NCBI RefSeq assembly: GCF_006345805.1
Contig: NC_042997.1
Span: 211,048,001 to 211,112,000 of the forward strand
Direction of reading: 5' to 3'
DNA length: 64,000 nt
Source: Octopus sinensis
Taxonomy: Eukaryota
Notes under the pieces: model-generated
Seen by the model: the letters and a program-made list of their open reading frames with translations, nothing else
Database searches by the model: none
Told to the model about the DNA's origin: nothing
Made by a program: the position numbers and the translations under genes
Shown here: in pieces, positions 50,651-60,514 of the stretch
Layout of the letters: the number at the start of each line of letters is the position of its first letter
Position numbering within the stretch: position 1 is the first letter of the stretch

Positions 50651-50879
50651 TGGTCGTTAATACATACCTCTTTATATCTCTTTAGTACCTTAAAAGATAA
50701 CTGTTAAATCTTTAATTTATTTAATCTTCCCCCATAAGGATATGAAGACAGGGAGAGCCCACCCTGGTCCACCAGGAGTCACTACTGATATGCTTAAAAT
50801 ATCTGGCAGATTCTGTCACAGAACTAGAAAATAAATTCTAGTTGTGGAAGAGAAACCTGGAATCTAAGGGTGATTTAAG

Positions 50880-51690
50880 GTTAACTTAGCAAAGGGCCTT
50901 AAGGTTAACTTAAGTAAACAAAGAGGATCCTTCTCCCATCAGGTAAATGGTCCTGCTCAGTATATAGGAAAGGTGTAGGCAGGAATTCTATACAGTGTAC
51001 ACAGTGCAAGCTATGGACACACAAGAGGTGCAGTGGAGTAATAGGAAGATTATCAGAGAAGGTAGTGTTTGTTTGTGGAAGATGCGTGGGAACCATAAAA
51101 ATTAGAGATACTAAGGAAATTGATTTTCTCAAATGCTCTGGAGGCTCTTCAGAGGCAGTGGATAATTTCTGCTACTTAGGGGATCTAATTAGCTGTGGGG
51201 GAGGATGCATGGAAAGTGTAATTGCTAGAATAAGAATAGGATGGAGAAAATTCAGAAACCAAAGAGGAATTAGATGCAGCGTGCAAGAGAGAAGAGTGTA
51301 CTGGTTTGGTGATGTGATGCAAATGGGTGAGGACAGTTGCATAAAGAAGTATCCATCACCCAGGAATATATGGGACAAAGTATTGGAGCTCAGTCTCAAG
51401 ACACTGAGCCTTATGAAGGAAACAAGAAAGAACCGAGATATCTGGCAGCTTGCTGTACTCCAGAAGACCCATCCACCACAGCAGAGTTGATACTGGTGCT
51501 GGTGCCATTTCAAAAGCACCAACTACACTCTGTAAAGTGGTTGGCATTAAGAAGGGCTTCCCGCTGTGGAAACCATGCCAGAGCAGACAATGGGAGCTGG
51601 TGTGGCCTTATCAGCTCCTGTCAAACTCTCCAAGACATGCCAACATGGCAAACAAACTTTCAATGACGATGATGATGATGATATACAGGT
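50880..51690 (+). mobile_element. Degenerate, internally deleted RTE LINE (main family)
   Basis: FVCGRC...VDNFCYLGD...ARIRIGWRKFR...VQERRVYWFGDVM, followed by the RTE tail. Confidence 0.75.
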
Positions 51691-52011
51691 CACCAGCAGC
51701 AGCATATTCTTTTACCATTTGTTTTCCATGCTGGCATGGCTCGGATGCTTGGATACAATCTGGCACAACCAACAACTGTATTCTGCTCTAAAGTCAGCTT
51801 TGGTAGGTGTTTCCAGGACACCACCACCACTATTTCAATACTCCCACTACTACTGCTCTGTTTAATATTTCCATATTCCTTGTCTAAACCCAAAAATTAG
51901 TCAAAATATTCCTGTTTTTTTTTTTGTTTTTTGTTTTCAAAATTTTCAACAGGAAAAAGGTTCATAATATTTTTGTTGTTCTGAAATATTTGATTTCTGT
52001 TTGGCCTCTAG

Positions 52012-52145
52012 AATCGGTCCCTGATACATGGTCACCAATGGGAGACGAGGAATTATTTAAAATTGTTCCAGTCACAAATGGACCAGAATATGATGACATC
52101 CAGGCCACTTTCCGTCAGAATTTGCCTTCCTATCGTATAATCAAA
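52012..52145 (+). CDS. Macro-PARP exon: start of the PARP catalytic domain (phase 1 to 0)
   Basis: Acceptor cctctag, donor GTTTGT. Reads (E)SVPDTWSPM...GPEYDDIQATFRQNLPSYRIIK (PxxW and EY..V...F motifs). Confidence 0.9.
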
Positions 52146-52534
52146 GTTTGTATTTTTACTTCTGTTTATAAACAATATTTGATGGTTTATTGTTAAAACA
52201 AAATGTTAAGAGACATTTTGTTTGTATGAAAGATTTAAATCTCATTGTATGAACCTATTTTGGGATGGTTCTATGTGTTTTTGGATATTCACAAGAAATC
52301 TTTGCTCAACAAAAATACCTCTGCTTTAACTTCTTGCATTGAATTGTAAATGCAATACCATTTTGCAGCTAAACTATTATGCCTTACCAAAATTTACAGC
52401 CGAATCAAAATTGGTATCAAATAAAAAAGAAAAAAAAAAGCAGATAGGGTTGGGGTTTTTCACCACAAACGTTATTTCCTTGTCAAAGAAGTGAACTGAT
52501 TGTTTTTTCATAAATGTATTTTCCTTTTCTACAG

Positions 52535-52712
52535 ATTGAGAGAATTCAAAATAAAACATTGTACCATGGATACCAAGTATTGAAAAGAAAGTTTGAGGCA
52601 GAAAATCCAAACATTACAAATGAAGTTGATGGCCTTTGGCATGGTACTGCTGAAGGAGCTGTTCGTGGAATAAATAAATCAGGATTCAACCGTAGCTATT
52701 GTGGTAAAAATG
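52535..52712 (+). CDS. Macro-PARP exon with the catalytic His (phase 0 to 1)
   Basis: Acceptor ttttctacag, donor GTAAGT. Reads IERIQNKTLY...LWHGT...GFNRSYCGKN. Confidence 0.95.
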
Positions 52713-53625
52713 GTAAGTATATTATAATCAACATCATCATCATCATCATCATCTACCCACCCTTCCTATTGTCCTGAGCTGGACAGACTGTCACTGTCCA
52801 CATTGATTGCTGTTTAGAATCCTTTCTCACTCAGAGAGGACAGAGGCTGTCATGTTGCTCACACATTCCATGTTTGGCATCGTTTCTACTGCCAGGTCCC
52901 CTTCCTAACGTCTTCTGCTCTAGAGTAAACCAGGTGTATTTTATTATTGTGGAACCAACACTTTTACTTGTTTTTCTTGCTGGATTGGGAGGAAGGGGCT
53001 TCCCATCCCCTTTTCAGACCCTTCTAAACTGTGGAGATTGGTTAGCATTAATGCTTCTCTTTAATCTTTGTAAATCAACAATTGCAAGAAAGGCATTAGA
53101 AGGGGTGTTGTTGATTGCTAGATTTACATATCAGGTTGCTCTTGTGCACCACTGGTACCATGTAATCCAGTACAACCTGTTGCATGGTTGGGTCGTTGGA
53201 GACTTAACACCACCGAGCATTGCTTAGTTGGGAGGGTGATTGTTGGACACCCTGCGGGACCAAAATTTAGGGCAGAGGACTGTGTGTTAAGGTAGCATGA
53301 TACTCTTTCGCTTTGGTTAGCAACCTTCCTTGAGATGGTGTCTAAATAAAAATACTTTAGGAGTAGATGGTTTACCTGGCGCCCAGTTTTGCACTCCTAC
53401 CTAGCTTATTGGTTTGAAAAGAGCACCGCAACCAGATATTAGAAGGGTGTGAGGTCGATCCTCATGGCTGGCTGCTGGCAAATTGTTTTGCTCTTAAAAG
53501 GATTTTATCCTTTATATATATATATATAACGGGAAGGTTTACGAAAATAAACAAAGGACGAAGGCAGGTGGAGTACAAACAAACAAATGTATTAGTATGG
53601 CGCTCAGGAATAGAAATAGAACTAG

Positions 53626-53663
53626 TCTTTTACGTTTCGAGCCTACGCTCTTCAACAGAAAGA
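53626..53663 (-). ncRNA. Hammerhead-like motif (copy D) in a ~190-bp repeat at 53527-53720
   Basis: Minus strand: TCTTT-CTGTTGA-A-GAGC-GTAG-GCTC-GAAAC-GTA-AAAGA. Stem I is a perfect 5 bp and the cleavage triplet is GUA. Confidence 0.6.
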
Positions 53664-53731
53664 TACACAGAAAAAAAACAAGGAGAGAAAAAAATGTGTG
53701 TAGGAGCTAACGATCTATCATATATATATAT

Positions 53732-53969
53732 TGCTGCACCTCTTATGTGTCCATAGCTTACACTTGGTGCATCTTATAGAGTTTCTACCTACACCTTTTC
53801 TACGGATCGAGCAGGGCCATCTACCTGAAGGCGTTTGTGATTGGTCTACCTTCCTACTTATTAGGACTTTGGTTTTGGCTAGGTTGATTCTAAGGCCCTT
53901 CGATTCTAAACCTTGCTTCCATACCTGAAACTTCTCCTCTAGTTCTGATAGAGACTCAGCAATTAGAGC
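53732..53969 (-). mobile_element. Inverted 238-bp RTE RT fragment
   Basis: Reverse complement of 54562-54799 with 4 mismatches; flanked by (TA)n. Confidence 0.9.
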
Positions 53970-54078
53970 TGTATATATATACATACTGTTCAGTATTTAT
54001 GCGTTGAATAAAAAAATCTTTCTACTTGTTCTACAATACATTTTAACGCATTGAAAACAAACTCGTTTTATATATATA

Positions 54079-56038
54079 TTACAGGGGTATCAAGCTGCTG
54101 GATCAGGTAATGAAGGTTATGGAGAGGGTTATAGCCCAACTAATTAGAGAGAGAGTTAGCCTAGATCAGATGCAGTTTGGGTTCGTGCCAGGGAAAGTAC
54201 TACTGATGCTATTTTCATGGTAAGACAGCTGCAGGAGAAATACCTAGCCAAAGACAAGCCCCTATACCTGGCTTTTGTTGATATGGAGAAAGCCTTCGAC
54301 AGGGTCCCCCGATCCCTCATCTGGTGGTCAATGAGGAAACTAGGGATAGATGAATGGTTAGTGAAAGCTGTACAAGCCATGTACAGAGACGCTGCTAGTA
54401 AGGTGAGGGTTGGCATCGAGTACAGTGAAGAATTCAGGGTAGAGGTTGGGGTCCACCAAGGTTCAGTCCTCAGTCCCCTCCTATTTATCATAGTCCTCCA
54501 GGCAATAATGGAGGAATTCAAGACAGGATGCCCCTGGGAGCTCCTCTATGCTGATGACCTTGCTCTAATTGCTGAGTCTCTATCAGAACTGGAGGAGAAG
54601 TTTCAGGTATGTAAGCAAGGTCTAGAATCGAAGGGCCTTAGAATCAACCTAGCCAAAACCAAAGTCCTAATAAGTACGAAGGTAGACCAATCACAAACGC
54701 CTTCAGGTAGATGGCCCTGCTCGATCCGTAGAAAAGGTGTAGGTAGAAACTCTATAAGATGCACCAAGTGTAAGCTATGGACACATAAGAGGTGCAGCAA
54801 TGTCAAAGGAAGGCTAACTAGGAAGATGGTTTTTGTATGTGGCAGATGCTCAGGAACAATAAACACTGAAAATGCTCTGAGACCAACTTCTGTCACTTTC
54901 CAGGGAGAAAAACTAGAAGTAGTTGATAGTTTCCGTTACCTAGGTGACCAAGTCAGTAGCGGGGGCAGGTGTGCTGAAAGTATAACTGCTAGAGTAAGAA
55001 TAGCCAGGGCAAAGTTTAGAGAGCTCTTACCTCTTTGAGCCTCTCGCTCAAAGTAAAAGGCAGACTGTATGATGCATGTGTACGTACAGCCATGCTACAT
55101 GGTAGTGAAACTTGGGCTGTGACTGCTGAGGATTTGCGTAAGCTCGCAAGAAATGAAGCTAGTATGCTCCGATGGATGTGTAATGTCAGTACTCATACTC
55201 GGCAGAGTTTAAGTACCTTGATAGAAAAGTTGAACCTAAGAAGCATCAGTTGTTGTGTGCAAGAGAGACGTTTGCACTGGTATGGTCATGTGATGAGAAT
55301 GGCTGAAGATAGTTGTGTGCGAAAGAGCCACACCCTGGCAGTTGAGGGGACCTGTGAAAGAGGTAGACCCAGGAAAACCTGGGTCGAGGTGGTGAAGCAC
55401 GACCTTCGAACTTTAGGTCTCACCAAGGAAATGACCAGTGACCGAGACCTTTGGAAGTATGCTGTGCGTGAGAAAACCCGGCAAGACCAGTGAGAACAGT
55501 CAAAATCAAAATCAAACCAAATTGAGGTCGATCAACATCAGGGCCCCCGTGCCGGTGACACATAAAACACCATCCGTTCGTGGCCGTTTGCCAGCCCTGT
55601 CTGGCCCCCGTGTCGGTGGCATGTAAAAGCACCATCCGTTCGTGTCCGTTGCCAGCCTCGCCTGGCCCCCGTACCGGTGACACGTAAAAGCACCATCCGT
55701 TTCGTGGCCGTTTGCCAGCTCTGTCTGGCCCCCGTGTTGGTAGCACATAAAAGCACCATCCGTTCGTGTCCATGCCAGCCTCGCCTGGCCCCGTGTCGGT
55801 GACACGTAAAAGCACCATCCGTTCGTGGTCGTTTGCCAGCTCTGTCTGGCACCTGTGCGGGTTGCACGTAAAAAGCACCCACTACACTCACGGAGTGGTT
55901 GGCGTTAGGAAGGGCATCCAGCCGTAGAAACACTGCCAGATCTGACTGGGCCTGATGAAGCCTTCCAGCTTCACAGACCCCAGTTGAACCGTCCAACCCA
56001 TGCTAGCATGGAGAACGGACGCTAAATGATGATGATGA

Positions 56039-56040
<2 letters not shown>
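54079..56040 (+). mobile_element. RTE-clade LINE (main family): 5'-truncated RT, C-terminus, 3' UTR with VNTR and (GAT)n tail
   Basis: ORF 54217-55038 contains FVDMEKAFD, GVHQGSVLSPLLF, YADD, KTK and YLG. Frameshifts lie near 54195 and 55035. ORF 55035-55493 carries RLHWYGHVMR and RGRPRKTW. Confidence 0.95.
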
Positions 56041-56088
<48 letters not shown>

Positions 56089-56249
56089 CTTAGAGAATGT
56101 TGGTTATGGCTGGTTCATAGGGTTGGCCAGGGTCAGTGGCTTATAACCTCTCTTAAAAAGGCTTGTCTTCAAATACATGGACAAAGAAGAAAGGTCAACC
56201 ACAAGAGATTGTTCTCATTAGACCACTACCTAAAATTCTTGTCAGCTTG

Positions 56250-57110
56250 GAGGTCCCAGGATTTCAGTAAGAATTGCCTGAAGTGTAAAACAAGATCTGA
56301 AGACATCCATCTTGCACCCAGCAACCAATTCCTCTTATGCCTAACTTCTCTCTCAGAACAGTGGCACTCTGTTGAACCTGTACACTTACATAACACATCC
56401 AGCAGAGCATACTAGCCTCATTCCTCTCCAACCTTTGCATGCCCTCTGCATTCAGGGCCCACATCTCATTACCATGTAGAATTGCTGTCAATATACATAC
56501 ATCATACAATCTTCCTTTCACTCAGAAACAGAAACCTTTTGGGTCCAACAGAGGTAAAAGCTCTCTGAATTTCCTCCGCCCTATTCTTCTTCTAGCTATC
56601 TCACTCTTCTTGCATCTCCCCCCCCCTATTAATTTGGTCCCCTAGGTAGCAGAAGTTATCTACTACCTCTAATGAGCCACCAAGGCATTTGAGAAAATCA
56701 ATTTCTCAAGTTTTTAAGGACCCTGTGCATCTTCCACATGAAAACTATCTTCTCTGCTAACCTTCCTATTAATCTGCTGCACCTCTTGTTTGTCCATAAC
56801 TTACACTGGGTGCACAGTATGGAGTTCCTGCCTACACCTTTCCTACCAATTGAATAGGGCCACCTACCTGAGTTGGGGAGGAACCTGTCAGTTTTCTTGC
56901 TTGCTAGGACCTTAACCATTGCTAAGTTAGGATCCAGGTTTTGCTTCCACACCTGGAATTTCTCTTCTAGCTCTGATATGGAACCAGCTATGAGGACAAG
57001 AGGATCAGCATATAGTAGTGCCCGGAGACTGCCGGTCCTGTATTGTTCTGTTATGGCCTGGAGGACAATGAAGAAAAGGAGGAGAGTAAGGACTGATCCT
57101 TGATGAACCC
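56250..57110 (-). mobile_element. Degenerate RTE LINE (main family)
   Basis: GVHQGSVL...LLYAD...KGRLYDVC...ERNEASML on the minus strand with indels. Confidence 0.85.
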
Positions 57111-57575
57111 CTGTGTGTGTGTTACAGAGTTTTAGGACTTTCAATTCTGTTTATTTTATATTTTTACTTCTAATATTAATTATATAAATATATGCATGTA
57201 TACACATACCCACACACACACATATAAACATATATATATATATATATAACTCCAAGAAAGTTAAGGGTTGTGGATCCAACCCACTAAGGGATAATACCTA
57301 TCCCTTATATACTGTTGGTATAACACCCAATTATTAATACACAAGTGTTTTTAATTGCATTGCAATTAACTTACCTATTGTATTAAATGGGTGAAGATAA
57401 AGAGGTATTTTACCATTAATTTATATTGCAAATAAGAAAATGGAGGAACACAATAGTTGGTTCATCAAATTTAGGACATTAAAATGTTAACTTGTTTATT
57501 TATCAACACGACAACCATAATAATATACATACATTTTCTTATTTGCTATATATATATTTTTTCTTCTCTTCTTAG

Positions 57576-57844
57576 CCACACTATTTGGTGAAGGTGTTTA
57601 TTTTGCCAAAGACATCCAATATTCTGCAAGTGATGCCTATTCTACTCCTGACCATCTCAGAATAAAGAGAATATACCAATGCAGTGTTCTTGTGGGAAAA
57701 GTGATGCGAGGACAAAACGGATTGAAAGTTTTACAGGAATCTTACAATTCTGCTGTTGATAATATTCAAAGACCCAAAATTTATGTTATTTTCCATGACT
57801 CTCAAGCATATCCTAATTATTTGATTACATTCTCTAATCAGTGA
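57576..57844 (+). CDS. Macro-PARP terminal coding exon (phase 1 to stop)
   Basis: Acceptor ttcttctcttcttag. Reads (A)TLFGEGVYFA...SAVDNIQRPKIYVIFHDSQAYPNYLITFSNQ*, the PARP14/15-type C-terminus. Confidence 0.95.
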
Positions 57845-57963
57845 ATATAATTGGAATTCATAAAACACATATAATGTGAACAGGAATATATTTAACAGAA
57901 GAAAAACAAAGAAAATACAGGAAATTCTCTAATTCTAGGTGCAACCCCAGGGTCTTTTGTAAG

Positions 57964-57969
57964 AATAAA
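57964..57969 (+). terminator. Candidate polyadenylation signal of the macro-PARP gene
   Basis: AATAAA about 120 nt after the stop, with a GT/T-rich stretch downstream; weak evidence in AT-rich DNA. Confidence 0.4.
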
Positions 57970-58069
57970 ACTATTCAATAGAATATTTTTCTATCATTCA
58001 CACAGTGTTGTTGTCATTTTCTATCTTTTTTTACTTTAGAAATAATTATTGCTAAATATTAAAATACAT

Positions 58070-58420
58070 GAAGGTGCCTGGCTCAGTGGTTAAAGCATCG
58101 GGCTCACAATCATGAGGTAATGAGTTCAATTTCCAGGCTGGGTTGTGTGTTATGTTCTTGAACGAGACACTTTCTTTCACAATGCTCCTTGTTCAGTGAG
58201 CTGTAGCAATGAGTTTCCACATCACTGGTGCCAAGCTGTATCGGCCCCTTTGCCTTTCCCTTGGATAACATTGGTGGTGGGGAGAGAGGAGGCTGGTATG
58301 GATGGGTGACTACTGGTCTTCCATAAACAAACCTTGCCTGGACTTGTGCCTTGGAGGAGAACTTTCTAGGTGCAATCCCACGGTCATTCATGACTGAAAG
58401 GGGTTCTTTACCCTTGTAAT
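58070..58420 (+). mobile_element. tRNA-derived SINE (family B)
   Basis: TGGCTCAGTGGTTAAAGC A box, GAGTTCAATTTCC B box, TTCTTGAACGAGACACT core. Confidence 0.7.
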
Positions 58421-58435
58421 ATAGAATGCAGGCTG

Positions 58436-58605
58436 AAGGCGGCAAGCTAGCAGAACCATTAGCATGCTGGGCAAAATGGTTAGCAGCATTCCCTCTGGCT
58501 TTACTTTCTGAGTTCAAATTCCATCAAGGTTGATTTTGCCCTTCATCTTTTCCGGGGTCTATAAAATAAGTACCAGTTGAACACTGGGGATCAATATAAT
58601 CAACA
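58436..58605 (+). mobile_element. tRNA-derived SINE with a Meta-like central domain (degenerate)
   Basis: Homologous to 63653-63870 (GAGTTCAAATTCC...GGGGTCTATAAAATAAGTACCAG). Confidence 0.65.
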
Positions 58606-58616
58606 CACCTCCTCCC

Positions 58617-59496
58617 AGTTCAAGGCAACGTAAATGAGACAGTGTGAGGTAGTGTCAATGAGACAGTGTGTAGGAGAGTATATCTGAGAGAGTGTCAGAC
58701 ATTGCATGTGGGACAGTTCAAGGCTACAGAAACGAGACAGTGTGAGGTAGTGTCAATGAGACAGTGTGTGGCAGAGTGGGAGAGTATATCTGAGAGAGTG
58801 TCAGACATTGCATGTGGGACAGTTCAAGGCAACGAAAATGAGACAGTGTGAGGTAGTGTCAATGAGACAGTGTGTGGCAGAGTGGGAGAGTATATCTGAG
58901 AGAGTGTCAGACATTGCATGTGGGACAGTTCAAGGCAACGAAAATGAGACAGTGTGAGGTAGTGTATATGAGACAGTGTGTGGCAGAGTGGGAGAGTATA
59001 TCTGAGAGAGTGTCAGACATTGAATGTGGGACAGTTCAAGGCAACGAAAATGAGACAGTGTGAGCTAGTGTATATGAGACAGTGTGTGGCAGAGTGGGAG
59101 AGTATATCTGAGAGAGTGTCAGACATTGAATGTGGGACAGTTCAAGGCAACAAAAATGAGATAGTGTGAGCTAGTGTATATGAGACAGTGTGTGGCAGAG
59201 TGGGAGAGTATATCTGAGAGAGTGTCAGACATTGAATGTGGGACAGTTCAAGGCAACAAAAATGAGACAGTGTGTGGCAGAGTGGGAGAGTATATCTGAG
59301 AGTGTCAGACTTTGCATGTGGGACAGTTCAAGGCAACGAAAAGGAAATAGTGTGAGGTAGTGTCAATGAGACAGTGTGTGGCAGAGTGGGAGAGTATATC
59401 TGAGAGAGTGTCAGACTTTGCATGTGGGACAGTTCAAGGCAACGTAAATGAGACAGTGTGAGGTAATGTCAATGAGACAGTGTGTGGGAGAGTATA
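58617..59496. repeat. 106-bp tandem minisatellite, about 8 copies
   Basis: Period of 106 (ORF starts 58766, 58872, 58978); purine-rich unit with an internal duplicated GAGACAGTGTG. Confidence 0.95.
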
Positions 59497-60060
59497 CAGT
59501 TGCGGCCAAAATGTTCAGAACGGCATTGTTTTCGTCAGAAAAGTAGATATAATTTTTTATCAAAGTTGTTTTATATTCTATAATTTTTACAGTCAATAAA
59601 TACAATATTAGTTGTTATTGTATGAGATTTTGGTGTAATTTGAGAGGATATTACAAAAGTTATGGATGATTTAGTGATTTAATGCAAAACCTACGGCGGC
59701 CAAAATGATCAGAACGGTTGAAAAAATAACAAAATAATCAAAAATGACAGAGAATACTGGAATTATTTAATATTTAGTGTGAAGCCCTTTAGCTTCAATC
59801 ACACTCTGACATCTTTGACTGCATGAGGAAATTAAATTTTCAATTTCTTGCTGGGTGATCTTATTCCATTCTTCCTGAAGGGCATTCCATAATTGCTCAG
59901 TTGTTTTAGGATTTCTGGCTTTCGAACGTTCTCCTAGAATATTCCATACATTTTCAATAGGATTGAGATCTTGGCTTTGAGCAGGCCAATCCATAACAAT
60001 AACCTTTTCAGCCTTAAGGAAGTTCATGACCACCTTAGCCTTGTGACATGAGGCATTTGT
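59497..60060 (-). mobile_element. Tc1/mariner transposon remnant (transposase C-terminus and one TIR)
   Basis: ORF 59767-60033 reads WPAQSQDLNPIENVW...C..VIEAKGLHTKY. A frameshifted NASCH lies upstream. Terminus TA|CAGTTGCGGCCAAAA at 59495-59511. Confidence 0.9.
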
Positions 60061-60514
60061 GCCTATGTGTGTGTGTTTTTGTGTCTCTTTGTGTTCATAT
60101 TGGCAAGTGTTATTGTCATATAAGCAGTGCCATTCATTTCCAGTCTTCTGCTAAAACATGTCCGGCCAGCTAAGGTGTATTATCAACTTACTTGGAAACT
60201 GGTGAGGTTTGGTAACAGGAGGGGCACCTGGATGTAGAAGATTTGCTTCAACAAATTTCATCTCACTCATCCATGCATGGAAAAGCGGACATCAAACGGT
60301 AAAGATGATAATGTATGTGTGTGTATATGTATGTCATTATTCAGTTTTATTTCAAGATTTCTTGCTAATAGAGAAAGAGCTGGTTTCTAACCTAGATCCA
60401 AGGCTCTTTCATTAGAATTTCAGCATCAACTACAAGGTATTTTTGTTTGCATGATGTACGTATGTATCTATGTATATATGTGTGCAGATTTGCATGTTCT
60501 GTTTTTGTTTTATG

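Noticed and set aside
50743-50770. Possible hammerhead at the 3' end of the 49530 PLE (TGAAGA-CAGGG..CCCTG)
   Set aside because: Has a stem II-like hairpin but lacks C3 and the GAAA motif; at best a dead relic.
47803-59496. 56-bp and 106-bp arrays as CRISPR-like loci
   Set aside because: The units are contiguous with no unique spacers, there are no cas genes, and the context is eukaryotic.
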